Shown here piece by piece: positions 27,401-42,400 of a DNA stretch of 64,000 bases. The notes beneath the pieces were generated by a model. The model was not told where the DNA came from, searched no databases, and saw nothing but the letters and a program-made list of their open reading frames with translations. The translations under genes and the position numbers were made by a program. Within the stretch, counting starts at the first letter, position 1. Each line of letters opens with the position of its first letter. Origin of the DNA: Haliotis rubra (lineage: Eukaryota); the NCBI RefSeq assembly GCF_003918875.1, contig NW_025765814.1, positions 1,364,001-1,428,000 on the forward strand. The letters are read 5' to 3'.

Positions 27401-30400
27401 AGGGCTGCAATGATTCACCCAGACCTTGATTTGATTCGATTTTCGATATTGGACCCTCGATTTGATCATTTTCGATTTGATTCTTCATGCAAGTAAAAAC
27501 ATCAGATTTCATTTAACTCTCAGAGTTTATTAAAAGAAACATCACACTGAATTTTTTTTCCAAGATTTGACTAGGAAATCAGGAATGTAAATGATGTAAA
27601 CCTTTTTCAAAGAAATAAATTATTTTTAAACACAGAACAACACTCTAACATTGAATCGAAATAGTGACAATGGTTACCGAACATCGAATCTAAGGTGTCA
27701 GATTTGATTTTTGATAAATCGAACTGAATCCTTGCAGCCCTAAAGTAAAGTCAAATATATATCAGTCATTGTATATTTGCTAACAGTAATATTTTCTACT
27801 GAAATATACAACAGATGCAAAAAAAGCCTTGCTGTTTACTTTCAGAGAAAGTCTTCAGTATCTGACTTAATTGGTAATAAAAGACAACATCAACATTCTG
27901 TTTATTTCTTATAGCATCCTATTTGCCAAGATATACCCAGACAAAGAATGTTTCTGTTCTGATCTGCAACAATCCTGTCAGAAGAGTGAAGTTTCGAGTT
28001 ATCTCCCCTGTCAGGTTCTCATGTTATAATAATAATAAATAAATAAAGTTAATATTTGTATAGCGCCTGTTCCAACATATTGCTCAAAGGCGCTTAGGCG
28101 AAGGCTATGTTGAACAAGTGGGTTTTTAGTGGTCGTTTAAACTGGTTGAGGTTGACAATGTTCTGAATGTGCCGAGGAAGACGGTTCCAGAGCCAGGGGC
28201 CGGCTTTGGAGAACGATCTGTCTCCATAGTGTCTTTTCCTAGTCATAGGAACATCTAGTGCTCTTGATGGTCTTGACCTAAGACCTTATAGGACTCCATG
28301 TGGCCCATTCACAAAGCCTTACAACCCTTTACACAAAGCGTTTAACCCTTTACAACAGTCATCAGTCTGTTACACAGTTACAACAGAGCTAACACTACAA
28401 ACATGGGCCCTGTCCATCTACACCAGACCAATGTTGGAATGTGTGATTGTTGTTATACATACTTGTCTTTGTGGGCCTTGATGTCATCACCAACTTCCTC
28501 ATGTTCCTTGAGCATGCGTTCAGCACTCTGGATATCATGAGGCATCTCGGCACTGGCCAGACGAGCTCGCATTGATCCGGCCCATGACAGCTGCAAGACA
28601 ACACACACCATGATTACAGTCTCTCATGCTATTCAGCTAGAAGGTAAACACTACATACTTTGAATTAAGAGGAGTGTCTTGGGCATTTGGGAGTGACAGT
28701 GGAAGAACTTACAATATCCTTGGCATCTTCCCCGAACTTCTGTTGGTTCTGGGCCTCGCTGAGCTGGCCCTTCCTCTTGTCTGCCTTGCTCTGGAACACA
28801 GGAACACAATGATATGACAGAGGAACACAATGACATGACAGAGGAACACAATATGACAGAGGAACACAATGATATGACAGAGGAACACAATGATATTACA
28901 GAGGAATACAATAACAAAACACCGGAACACAACATTAGTGCACAGGAACCCCTTAACACAACGAAGTGAGTGAGTGAGTATGGTTTTAAACCGCTTTTAG
29001 CAATATTCCAGCAATATCACGGCAGGGGACACCAGAAATGGGATTCACACATTGTACCTATGTGGGGAATCGAACCCGGGTCTTCGACGTGACGAGCAAA
29101 TGCTTTAACCACAAGGCTACCCCACCACCCCTAACACAACAAAGGAACACAGACAAAATAACAGAAACAGAACAGAACAACAGAAGACATTAACAAAACA
29201 GAACACCAAAACACAGCACAAGAACACAACACCAAAACACACCACAGTAACAGAACCATGTTAAAGTAAAAATAAAAACTTAACATCAGGAACACTGTAC
29301 AGATCAAAAACATAAATTCTAACTAACCTGTAGAGGTTTAAGATTCTTTGCATATATTCCTCCTTGGGGTACTTATAAGCATTTAAATGTCCATTTAAAA
29401 TCCCTACGACAGTTGTAACAATATTTTGAATAAAATATTTACAAAACAAAAACTACGTTTTGTCTTGTGAGACCACCCTTACAGGGCCCTCTGGCCCCCT
29501 ACAGCCAAGAGCAGGTAACTCCAGACCGTAACCTCGTACCTCACTTTCCATGCTGAACGAAGTCAGACAGAATCTTGAGGGGAGGTGGTAGCAGATACCC
29601 AAGGAGGAATATATGCAAAGAATCTTAAACCTCTACAGGTTAGTTCGATTCTTTATATATTCCTCCTCCTTGGGGTACTTATAAGCATAAGACAGACTCC
29701 TAAAGGCGGATCTCAGGAGCGCATTCTGTCTGCTTAAACACCCCGACAAGAAGTGGAATTTCCCAAGCTAATTATAGCAGAAAAGGCACACTTACCCGGG
29801 TCACGTGTCCACCAAAGCCAATCAGGCGGGGCATGAGCCAGGGTCAGGGGTAAACGATATGCAAATTTTGTCCAGCGAAACCTCGCTAATGCAACGAACG
29901 AGACACACCCTCCCTCCTTCCGTAATCTACTCGAAGTGAAGATAAGGGTCCCATAATAAACCCAGAAACGAAAATGCCGTGAACAGCAAAGTTTCCAAGG
30001 GCAGTTTAGTCTATATCGCTTCTCGGTTAGAAAGCAAGAGACATGGGAATAAAAACCATCACCACATAAAACCCATCACCAAGGGAAAATGTAACAAGAT
30101 TTGTAAAACCCAACACCAGTGTTAAAAATTGGCAGATAACGGTTCACACCATAAAACCTCGAAAGCTCAATGCGGCTAGAGAGGTGGAACCATGCCCACT
30201 GGAGAGAACTGACTGACCGAACCGAGCACGCTCACTGGAGAGTCTGTCAAGTTGGTAATGACGGATGAACGTGCATTCGGACGGCTCCAAATAGCCGCGG
30301 AGCAGATCTCCTCAATGGGCAGGGCTGCAGCGTAAGCTGTCGATGTAGCCACTGCCCTAACCGAATGAGCCTTCAACCCTACAGGCGGGATACGCCCTGT

Positions 30401-33400
30401 TTGAGTATAGCTCATGTGTATGGCAGAGACAAGCCACCTAGAAATGGTTTGCTTGGTCGCCGGAAGACCAGCCTGAACCCCGCCATAACAACAAAACAAT
30501 TGGTTACCCTTACGGGTACCCCTTGTTCGTTTGATATAAGCCTTAAGTGCCTTACGGACATCTAAGACGTGAGCACGTCGTAGAGAGGTACCGGACAGGG
30601 AAGGCTGAGTGAAAGCTGGGAGCTCAATAGGCGCCGTCACATGGAAGGGACTATCCTTCTTAGGACGGTAAGTATCAGGCAGCCGTATGCTAACTCTGTC
30701 TTTGTGAAAAACAGTAAGCGCGGGATCGGCCGACATTGCGTGAATATCGCCAACCCGCCTGCCTGAAGTCACCGCCACAAAGCGCCCGTCTTCCCACGTC
30801 AACAGTTGGAGTGAAAGAGCCGACAGATTGTGAAACAGTGGACCGGACAGCCAATCAAGAACGATTGACAAGTCCCACGGGGGACTAATCCGCCGGACAA
30901 CCGGACGGATTCTGTCCACGCCTGCTAAAAAGCGCTGTACCAGAGGGTGCTGCCCCAAGAGAGCACCGTCAGCAGGAATGTGAAACGCAGAAATAGCTGT
31001 AGAATATCCTCGAACAGTTGAAGCCGCTAGGACCGGCTTCCAACGAACTGGAGGAATTCTAACACACAGACTAAATCTGTAGAAAAGGGATCAAGAATCC
31101 CCTGTTGACACACCAGCGAATAACAGGCCCATCTATCCTCATATTGAGCGTTTGTGAATCCCTCCGCCGAAGCCAGAATTGTGTCTGCAACTGGTGCAGG
31201 AATTCCTTCGCATGGAGGCGATCCCTGATAGCGCCAAGCCACCCACTGAATCCTGGGATTGGTGGGGCGCTCCGTTCTGGGATAGGAGGTCCGGTCGAAA
31301 AGGTAATAGAACAGGAGGCTGAGCCAGAAACCTGAGAATTACCGGAAACCAGCTTTGTGCCGACCAAAGGGGTGCCAGAAGCACAAGTAGCCGAGCTGGT
31401 TGTGCGGTCAGCTGCGACAGTACCCTGGAAATCAGTGGTATCGGGGAGGCGCCCACAGTACCCTGTCCGTCCAATCTAGCTGAAAGGCGTGGTTGGCTAA
31501 CGCGCTTACCGGATCCGAATCCGGGAGCAAAACACAGGAATCTGGTTCGTCACCCCAGGCGCAAACAGAGATCCACCTGGAAACGACCCGAACAACTGGG
31601 AGATAATCCCGAATATCTCCCGGTCGAGCATCCACTGCGTGTGGGGCTGGTATACGCGCCGTGAAGCGGCGTCTGCACGGGCGTTGTCTACCCCGGGGAG
31701 ATAAACAGGCAAAACCCGAATGTTGAACTGATCGCACCACAGTAGAAACTGCCACGCCTCCTGAAGGGCGACGGAGACACTGTGCCGCCTTTGCTTGAGA
31801 ATGTAAGTCATGGCGTTTGATTGTCCATTTCTAGACGAACCACACGGCCCTGCACCAACACCCGGAAGCTTTTCGAACACCTTGGGGACTGCTCTCAGTT
31901 CTAACACATTGATGTGTAGGCTGACCTCCCGCCCCTCCGACCAGAGGCGGAGGCTGAGTGCTTCCGGCCAGGACCCCCAACCTGTGAGGGAGGCGTCCGT
32001 CTGAACTGAGAGGGAAGGTGTCGGGTGTCGAGGGGATCCCCTGGACAAATTCGACTTCCGTCCACCATCGCAAGTGAGGGATTAACCACTCTGGCGTTAT
32101 GAGCATAATCTACGTAGCCCTGCGAGTGGGACCACAGCTGAGCTAATGCTTGCTGAATTGGTCGCATCCTCAGACGCCGCCACGTAAACCACGTCCACTG
32201 TCGCCGCCATGTTGCCGAGCAGCGAAGCCATGTTCGGGCCGGCGCTAGCGGGGGACTGGAGGAACTGTAACACAGTCCCTCGGACTTTGACGATGCGGTC
32301 GAAGCAAACAAACAACCTAGCGCCGTGTTGAATCTGGCTCCCAAGAATATCAGATCCTGCGTCGAACGAAGTTCTGATTTCTTGAGATTGATAATCCAGC
32401 CCAGTGACACCAGAGTATCCAGCACGCACAGTGTGGAGGCTCTGCTTAACTGAGGCCCTAAGGCCCGTAGAAGCCAATCGTCCAGATGCGGGTGACAACA
32501 CCTGCCCTGAGACCTGGCTAACTGAGCTGGGATTAGCATAAGTTTGGTGAACACCCTTGGCGCCCGTGGAGATGCGAAGGGGAGCACTTGTGAAACTGGT
32601 AGCACGTCCACGTCGAAGGAGAACCGAGGTACTTCTTGAATTGAGTGCATTGGAACATGGAGGTATCGTCTTTGAGATGTCGATTGGCGTAAGCCAATCC
32701 CCTGTCTCGGCGGAGGAGATCACTGACCTGAGTGTCTCCATCCTGAAAGACGGCACCTCCAGTAATTTGTTCAGCCCTCTGAGATTCAGAATGGGTCTGA
32801 ACCCTCCGTCCTTCTTGGTCACGAGGAAGTAGGTGGAATAAAACCCTCTTCTCGCTGACTCACAGGAACCACCTCGATGGCTGCCTTGGTCAGTAAAGAC
32901 TGAACCTCGGCGCGGAGGACTTCCGCCTTTGCAGCGGGAGGTCGGTACAGGCGTGTGCGAACCCGGAGAAGGACGGAGGATCGCGCCTCCACTGTGGCAA
33001 ATGGCCATCCCTGGCGTGGACAGGACCCAGGGATTTGAGGTGGCTGCCTCCCTCCCGGAGGAATAGGGGACAGCCGACGCCGACAGGGGCGTGTGGCAAG
33101 GGCAGTGCACCCCCACCGTCGGCAAGTCTCGGCTTAGCGTGAGTGGGGGCAACAAGGGCTCTGGGGCATGAATCAGTGGGAAGCGGGCTGGCTTCCCCTT
33201 GCCCCGAAGACTGCTGCGCTGGCGCCCAGGCCTGCCCTGCCTCTCCTTCGATCGCCTGCTCGCTTGGACTGCAAAGGGGCAGCCCACTTAACAACATCCT
33301 TCGCCGGAGCCGAAGGGTAAGCGGATGCAAGCGGGGAGGGCCGATGGCGAGGAGCGGAGGGCTGCTCCAACAAAGGCTTTGAGTCCTTAAAAGTAGAGAC

Positions 33401-36400
33401 AGCCTCCGCGGCCTCCCTAACCACCTGCAATGCCCCAGGGAACAGGGAAGATCCCATGGTATAGGGCAATGAAAGTAGAGCTTGCTGTGTGGCCGGCGAA
33501 TACCGTGCCACAGACAGCCACAGGCGGCGCAAGCCCATGACTGCACCCATCATCTGGCTGGCACAGCACCTAATGCTGTCCCGAGCCAGATGTGAGTGTA
33601 CATCCGTTAGTTGCCGCGCGAGCACCGACTCCGATGAATCGGCACCGCCAGCGCTGTGGGCCACCAGCTGTCCCTGCAATGCAGACAGGTAGGCTGAATG
33701 GACGGCCACTTTAAGCTGCTGAGCCGCGAACCGGTAACATTCTTCAAATGACCGGTAGGCAGACTTCAGCGGTAGTGATGTACTAGCGGAAAGGGGGGAG
33801 GCGCCTGCCCTGCCTGGCCGAGGCCAGGGAAGACGAAGACGACCCTCCTAATGTAACCGAGGCAAATACGCACTCGTCCACCACTGGTGGTTCGAAGAGC
33901 GTCTCCTCACCTAACTGGTACCGCCTGCCCACGTCAGGCAAATCAAAGCGCGAGCGAGTACCAGCAAGGAGCGGATTCACCACTTCACTGACCAGTGATG
34001 GGAGAATCGCGAAGCTGAGCCTCTGCGACCCGGTTAGGTCGCGGCGAACGCCCCCGGGAGCGAAACTCCAGCGGGTGGGTGCCGGGCGGGAACAGCCACC
34101 TGCGGCAGGACTTCGGCGATCTTATCCCGAACCTGCCGCAGGGACGAGGCAAAGGAGTACGGTACTCCCGCCTCCGGTTCCTCCGTCCCTTCCTCCTCCT
34201 CCATATCGACCTCGGCAGAATCCTCGGCCGTCATCATCTCAGACTCCTGAGAGAACGCCGAGGAGACGCCAGAGGCAGAGACCAGACAAAGTAATAAGGT
34301 CCAGAGGGAGCCAGGGGAAAAACATCACCCTGCCGGGAGGAACCAGCGCCAGGTCGCCGAAAGTAGCCCGAGAGGAACCTGCATAACAGGCTTCCGGGCA
34401 GCCCAGACTGGCTGCCAGGCGCCGAGTATCCCGAACTGGTCGGTGCCTAGGCGACCACCAGTCGGGACACACCAGAGGCGATGACAGGGGGCAACCCTGT
34501 CTCGCCGGCACCAGGCACCTGTGACAGCCCGGCGTAAAGCCAGGTCGCCAGCAGGCGCCGAGGGCATGCTATCGCCACGGCGAAGCCAGGATCAAGCCGC
34601 CCGGGAGGCGCGTTCTCGAGCGAAGCTCGGGCGCAGCAACCCCAGATGTGTCAGCTCCGCCCCGGCGACCGGTAGCTGAGCTCCTTACGGAACCCTGCTA
34701 ACGCCGTATCAATCAGGGACTTGACTGGCGACATCTGCTCCTGGAAAAAATGGTTAAGGAGATCAACAGGAACATTTTGCACAGGTGCTGAATCAAGAGG
34801 GGGTGGTGGGTACAGAGATGGAAGCAGGAGGAGACGCCCGAAGGGGCATGAGTCGCGTGGCGAAGCCGCCTTGGTAGCCTTAGCTTTCTTGGGAGCCGGC
34901 TCGCAGCGTGGGAAGCGGCTCCCGTGGACCCCTTTTCCTACTATGGGAGCGCTTGGACCGGGGATCCTGCGCCCAGAGATCACCCCCGCCGAAGCAGGTT
35001 GCTGTAAAACAAGCGTGTCTATCGCCCTCGACCCGAATGGTTTGGGGCGAGAACATGGCACATGCCGCACACCCTCTTCCTCATGTTCCTTCTGCACTGA
35101 ACAGGCGTAGGCAGACCTCCGGTGGAATCCCGTGCAGGGATTGCAGCAAAGGCAGGAAGTACAGGGTTTAAACTGCAACAAAGTAAAAACCTGTGCAGCA
35201 ATCTACCCTATACCCACATACAAATACATGTAAACAGACGCATGGGCGACACAACTAATGCGACAACGTAGCATGCAGTTGACCTAGTACACACTGCAGC
35301 ATAACTAACAATTACGGTTTTTTTAGCGTAATATAGAAAATGCGAGCAGTTGACATACGCCCTACACGTACAAAGATACAAATAAAAAATCACTAAAACC
35401 ACCTGTAACATTGAAAACCACATGGGAAACCAATGAACGAAAAACCTCCAATTAAGCCCATGCAGGAAAAAAGAGAACCATACATACAGTTGCAGTTTCT
35501 GAAACACTCATTTCTCTATAGTCGCAAGGAAAAACCTTCTGGTATGGACCCACGTCTTGTCGGTACAACGACAGCATGGAAAGTGAGGTACGAGGTTACG
35601 GTCTGGAGTTACCTGCTCTTGGCTGTATGGGGCCAGAGGGCCCTGTAAGGGTGGTCTCACAAGACAAAACGTAGTTTTTGTTTTGTAAATATTTTATTCA
35701 AAACATTGTTACAACTGTCGTAGGGATTTTAAATGGACATTTAAATGCTTATAAGTACCCCAAGGAGGAATATATAAAAAAGAATCTTAACTTTGGGTTT
35801 AAGGTATCTCTTAAGAATACTTGTTAACAACTTTGCATATAAATTCACTGTAATGAGGACAAAAAGTAGCTTCGTTCAAGCTTAGGCTAAAATGCAGAAT
35901 CATGAGACCTCCAATTGAACTGCAGCTCTATGAGACATGACAACTGTGAACAGTAGTAGCTGGCCTACCTTGAGCCCCTTCCAGAGTTTCTCCAGTTCTT
36001 GTTGACGCTGGTCCACGTAGCCGCTCTCATCGGGGGTAGGAGGACTTCACACTGAAAACACACAGGCATTACACACTGGCCATCATATTGGATGGTAATA
36101 ACACTGGCCATCTTACTGGTTGGTAATAACACTGTCCATGACATGCTTTGTGTCAACAAACAAAATTCTTATTCCAGTGAGATAGGGGCGTCCACTGGGG
36201 ATATTTCACTATTCTGACAGTAGTAAAATGACTTTCAGGCTTGATAGCTACATTTATCAATGTAAAAGAAACAAATACAATTTTCCCAAATATGTACATT
36301 GTCCATTTTTCATCGCCATTTCCACTTAAACCAAACAGAAGTAACTCTACACTGAGGTTGTTCTAATCCTTGATCATCGATGCAGTAGGTTTCAAAATAG

Positions 36401-39400
36401 ACTTTAGAAGGAGCATTTACAACTAATTGCAATTACTGAAACCATCAATCATAATGCAATTTTTTAAACAATCCAATCAGAACTTTTCAACTCCTATCAC
36501 ATATGTATTGCAAATTGTGCAAACAGTGCTAAACAACTACCTACAGATGATATCTCCCTCGTTAAGCTGGGCAGTGTATCATCGTGTTTGACATTCTAAC
36601 AAAATATTTTTTAATCTGTTTTTTTTTGCACAGTCTTAAGTTCAGACACATAGCTTTCACTTATCAACGCATTCATCATTTACAATGTCGTAATAATTTA
36701 TGTACATATTTTAATGTATGTTCACTATATCTCAAAACTTAATTTTGGTACGATATTGTCTCGAAAACTAAAATGTTATTTTACAGGCACGCTAATGTCC
36801 ATAAAGATACATATATCACACGTCCAAACTCAGTGTTTCTCCTAGGCATAAACATTTTATGAGTCATTATGACTCTTGTGTGTCGTGAGAGGTAGTCATT
36901 GATATGTTTTTGGGAATCAAGTTCAGTTTGGAACTTTCATCAAGACATCAACTGTGATTGTTTAATGAGAGAAAACAAGGTCAGGTATTTAATGAGCACT
37001 GAGCAGACCAGACTACCAGACATTACACTAAGTAGTTTTAAACAACAACAAATTTCAATATGTACTCAAACTTAAACTTAAATTAGATTATCTGAACTAA
37101 GGGCCCAGCAGCATTGCGTCAACAATGACGCAAGCTTCTACATTCACAGCGTATTTGAGATAATTTGTGTGCGTCAAATACGCAGGTTTTCTGCGTCATG
37201 GCAAACATTGCAAAATGGTTAAATCTCGGACTACTGCTGATCGACGCCCATGATGGATTTATAGGTTAATTAATAGTGTCAATTTAGTGATGATGAAATA
37301 TCATATAGCATCATTGATTGTCTTAATACCTTCAGCCAGGTAATGCTGATCTGATAGGTTTATTCAACACTAATTACGGCACCCACTGAGTTGGCTCAAT
37401 TTGGAATGGTTTGTCCAAATGAGTTTTGCACTAATTTGCAATATATTGTTGAAACCAATAATTAATCTGACATACTGATCTGCCCACGCGTGGCCCCATA
37501 CTGCCATAGCAGCAGAGATATATTTCCATGACAACATACAATTAATCCAATTAATTGATCAGGTAAACAGAAAAGGAATAATCACTTTTGGTATGACATG
37601 TAATTGGTTGACAATATAATCATTGAAATCTATTTTGTCTGCACAAACTTTGAACAAACTGGTCACGACTACTGTAATGGATTTGTTTCATTCACTATTT
37701 ATTATCTCATGCCAATATGCATTTGAACTAGTGCCTTGATCTGTTATGTCAATATGGAGACCGGGTCCAGTTCAAGATGATGTTGCCGATTGTGATGATA
37801 AATAAATGAGCCGTCGTCTGATGATGATTTGGAGCTTTAACAAATGCTTTTCGTTATAATGCTTTTTTACACACGGGTCTGCTAGGCCATTTAGTGTTTG
37901 ATCGAAAAATAGCTTATTTGAACCAAAGATATGGCAACCTGAAGGGGACGTCACAGTTGCATAATGAGATCTGTATGGATTTGTAATTTGGAAATTTGCC
38001 AGAAATTTGGAAGAACTGTAGGACGGTTTGGTTGGTACTTGTTTTGCTTGGTTTTATGTTATGTTTTTGTACGTGTTTTTTTTAATGTTTGCACTAGTTG
38101 GTCATGTGGGATTATATGCGACCTAGAAGGCTGTCAATCTGTTCTAACATGTGCAAGCTGATGACATACACAGACAGCTGGGGAGAGATGTTCTCCTCAT
38201 TACCACATGTATGTACTTGACACCATGTTGTTCTCCATGACATCATTAACACATTTGTGCTCGACACCATCCATCATTAAGCCCTTGGACCATGTTAACA
38301 CAGACGTATTTGACACCCTCCCACGTCACCTCCTGCCGCCATAACACAGATGTAGACACTCACGAGTCTCCCAGGTAGTTCATCCTCTTCATCTTCTCCT
38401 CCATTGGAACAAGTTCTCTCTCCACATTCTAAAACAAAGACAACCATCTCAAATCAGCTATCTTTAACCATTATAGACCATACTGAGGTTGTCTTACAGT
38501 CTGTGACAGTGAGTGAGAGAGTTTAGTTTTTATATGGTTTTAGCAATATTACAGCACTATCACAGAGGGGGACACCAGAAATGGGCTTCAGACATTTAAC
38601 CCATGTGGGGAATTGAACCCAGGTTTGCGGCGTGATGAGCGAATGCTTTAAAGGGGCACTGATCCAGAACAATTTCCGTTGACTGGTTGTTGCTTTTGTT
38701 GTTTTTCTCCCGTGAGTACCTGGATGATATCCCAGAATTCTTGACTGGTTCGTGATCTTTGCTGCGCCACCCGCAAGAGCAATAGATAGTATAAGTGTAG
38801 ATTGATCAACAAAGTTTTGACCTCTAGGCTACCCCACTGCCCGTCTGTCACAAACATCATAAGTTGACCCCACGACATTGAAGGCATTATGAAGACATAG
38901 CAAAACAAGCTGTACATGGTTGGTGAATGGTAAACATACCATACACAGAAAATAATTATTGTTTTTTAATTTTGGAGTGAGTGAGTGAGTGAGTATTGGT
39001 TTTACGCTACTTTTAGCAATATTCCAGCATAATTGTGGTGGGCGACACCAGAAATGAGCTTCACATATTGTACCCATGTAAAGAATCAAATGCGAGTCTT
39101 CGGCATGACGAATTAACGCTTTAACCAGTAAACTACCCCACCGCCCCTTTCAGTTTCGGAATGAAGAACATAGCCACTCACAGCATGTCGTCGCTGAAGG
39201 GCCCCGATTCCCTTGAGATCCTTGCCCACATCGTCAGTCATCAGAGCATTGTTCTTGTCCTTGATCCACTCAGACAGCTCATCACATGTTGACTTGAACA
39301 GTTCAATGCTAAAAGCAGACAAGGAAATACATGCAAGGTGATTGTGGATTATTCCTTAAGTGGCATGGGAGAGACTGCACATAGACTACCAGATGGGCCA

Positions 39401-42400
39401 TACAAACACAAATCTTAAACCATAATTTGTCAGCAGCACACGTGTTAGCGATTGTTTTCACATACATCAGCAGCAGCACCAGTACCATAAGACCCTCTCG
39501 CCCCGAGGGCCCGAAAAGCTCATTAGTGCAGCGATAGTTGTTTCTGAACAAATGTCACAGTTATGCCTGAACTATTACCTTGAGGCGCCCTCTAGTGAGC
39601 GTTCCTTGTCCAGCTTCAGCTTGTTCAGGTTAGCCCAACTGCAACACAATACATTGTACTATCTATAATATAAAGTGATATTGACACCATTAAATAAGCA
39701 TTAAAAGTTTTCAAATTCATTCCCAACTGACATATATATGTCTCTAAATAATTGAATCTGGACCAGACAAACAAGTGATCAACAGCATGATCATCGATCT
39801 ATACATTTGGGATACAATGACATGTTTCAACAAAGTCGGCAAGTCTGACCACTAGATCCAGTAAGTTGCCTCTTACAACCTTGAGATGCTGAAGACCAAT
39901 TCTAATCCGAATCTCATGTAACTGAAAACTAATTTTGATGGCTTTAAAAGGGTAACCTGTATTTCATCCATACCTCTACTAAGAGGTTTTAATCCTTTGT
40001 TTTATAAATTACCATTATTTACCTGTCATTGATCTCCTTCTGGCGACGTTTGACTTGATCTGACTGACTGCTGCCAGACTTTATAATGTCTTCTGCCAGG
40101 ACATTGATGTTGTCCAGCCGACCCTTGTTGGCAGCCAGACTTGTCAGCAAGTTCTAGTCACAAATGTTGAGAAACAGATCATTATTACTTTCATCAAAAC
40201 TGTAACAGAGAACAATAATAATACTTATAAAGACTACTCTCATGTTTTCTGTCCTTCAGGATGCCTTGGATAAACTTAATCATGGTAAAACAACAATAAT
40301 AGTTTTCTTGTAGTAACAAAAGAGCCCTGATTGTAACTTTTTGGTTTCCAGATTCTCGGCAGAGAAACTGCCTTAGAGGAGCACATTTCTGACAGGAATG
40401 ATCCTTGCCACAAGATTGAGAGAGACACAGAAACACAGTTAGGCTGAACCTACCTCAAACTTCTTCCTGACAGCATCCATGTTGTCAGCCAGGCTCTCCC
40501 TGGATTTCAGTACTCCTTCCTGGAATAAAACATGCATACCGTCAGAGGTCATCTACATCTGGATCACCAAGGGAGCTGCCCAATACAGGAGATCTATCAC
40601 TAGCCGTGAATCAGTGGGATGTTCTGCCAAACTCGATGCAGGACCTGATATGTTTAAACACAGGGTAGCTAACATGCATTGATTGGTGTTACCCAAATCC
40701 TGAATGAGCATGGCCCACTGATTGGTGTTACCCAAATCCTGAATGAGCATGGCCCACTGATTGGTGTTACCCAAATCCTGAATGAGCATGGCCCACTGAT
40801 TGGTGTTACCCAAATCCTGAATGAGCATGGCCCACTGATTGGTGTTACCCAAATCCTGAATGAGCATGGTAGCCCACTGATTGGTGTTACCCAAATCCTG
40901 AATGAACACGAATGAACATAATGATCACATCACACAATTGACCATGCAACCAAAATTGAAAATTTCATTTGAATATGAAGGATGTTAAGAAATGTGTACT
41001 GGACACCACAACACAAGCAACATGTCCATCCACATACACACTGTACGCTATTGAAAGACTACGAGAAGAAGCACAGAAAGTGTTACCTTCTCCTTCATCC
41101 AGACCTGGAACTCGTCACATTCCCAGTAGAAGGTGAACAGTTTGATTGCATCCTCTAGACTGATCCTTCGGGCCTGTCATCGAAAACAAAAATTCAGTAT
41201 AAAAACACTTTTCATATAAGCTTTCAAGTATTCATCTCATACATCCAAAATTCATGGGCGTAATGCATTTTTTCGGATCGCTTTATGTACAGACAGTCAT
41301 GGAATTTCTATCATTTTTATAATTTGGTAGAATTCTTGATCAATAAAAATTTGACGAAAACACATAGCCGTACTAATACCAGATGTTCCTTCTAATTCCC
41401 TCTATTGGAGTGTCTGTGTGTACCAAACACGTTTCCCAGTGTTCAGGGTTTGAGTCGGTTCACTTTCCATGACTCTTACTGTCATTCAAAACGTCCCAAA
41501 GACATTTCTGAATTTGGAAATGGGTCAGAAAGTCCTCAATAAGGTTGATATCATAAAAAGTCATGTCACTTGTCTCAAGTAAATTTACTGTCAGGTACTA
41601 CGGTGAGTGAGTGAGTGAGTCTAGTTTAACGCAGTTTTTAGCAATATTCCAGCAATATCACAATAACACCAGAAATAGCCTTCACACACTGTACCCAAAA
41701 GGGAATCGAACCCGGTCTTCGGCTGATGAGTGACCACTTTAACCACTAGGCTAGCCACTGCCCCAGGTACTACAGTCAAAATATTACTCAAAAATATTTC
41801 CAAACAGAACAGACTTGTGTTTCCATACAAATAACACACAGAATGACTGTCATATAATAAGAGGTATTGAGTTCAAGTGCAGCTCCACCACATAATACAA
41901 TTATTTCACGCTTCCTGATCCTAGTTCTGAAACAATACAGTCATAATGTAGAAGAGCAAAAGACCTAACATATCATTTGACATACCTCATATAAACAGTT
42001 ACGATCCAGTAAGTGAGTAAGAAATTAAATATAATTATTGGGTTTTTTTCAAGTTTGGAGAGAGTGAGTGAGTGAGTGAGTATGGTTTTACGCTGCTTTT
42101 AGCAATATTCCGGCAATATCACGGCAGGGGACAAAATCCAGAAAGATTGGAAGTACATGGACCTTTGGGTTTGGTGTCATGATCATCTACAACACAATGA
42201 CCTCATTAATAAAACATCAGACTCATTGAACCCGTTAGAATGAACCTTCAGTAACTCATGCTTGTCGTAAGAGGCGACTAACGGGATCGGGAGGTCAGGC
42301 TCGCTGGCTTGGTTGACACATGTCATCGGTTCCCAATTACGCAAATCGATGCTCATGCTATTGATCACTGGATTGTCTGGTCCACTCGATATTTACAGAC

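Larger units (their letters stand above)
29321..35791 (-). mobile_element. Full-length DIRS1-type tyrosine-recombinase retrotransposon
   Basis: About 215-bp inverted terminal repeats, internal complementary region, GTT at both termini, gag + RT/RNaseH/MT + YR regions; GC-rich relative to the host intron. Confidence 0.95.

Noticed and set aside
36200-38160. Possible DNA-transposon remnant with a small palindrome (tgcgtca..tgacgca, ~37115)
   Set aside because: No termini, TSD or coding similarity that I could establish.
40679-40906. 39-bp array as CRISPR or repeat protein (ORFs 40553-40909, 40679-40915)
   Set aside because: No spacers, eukaryotic intron; the ORFs arise only because the unit length is divisible by 3.
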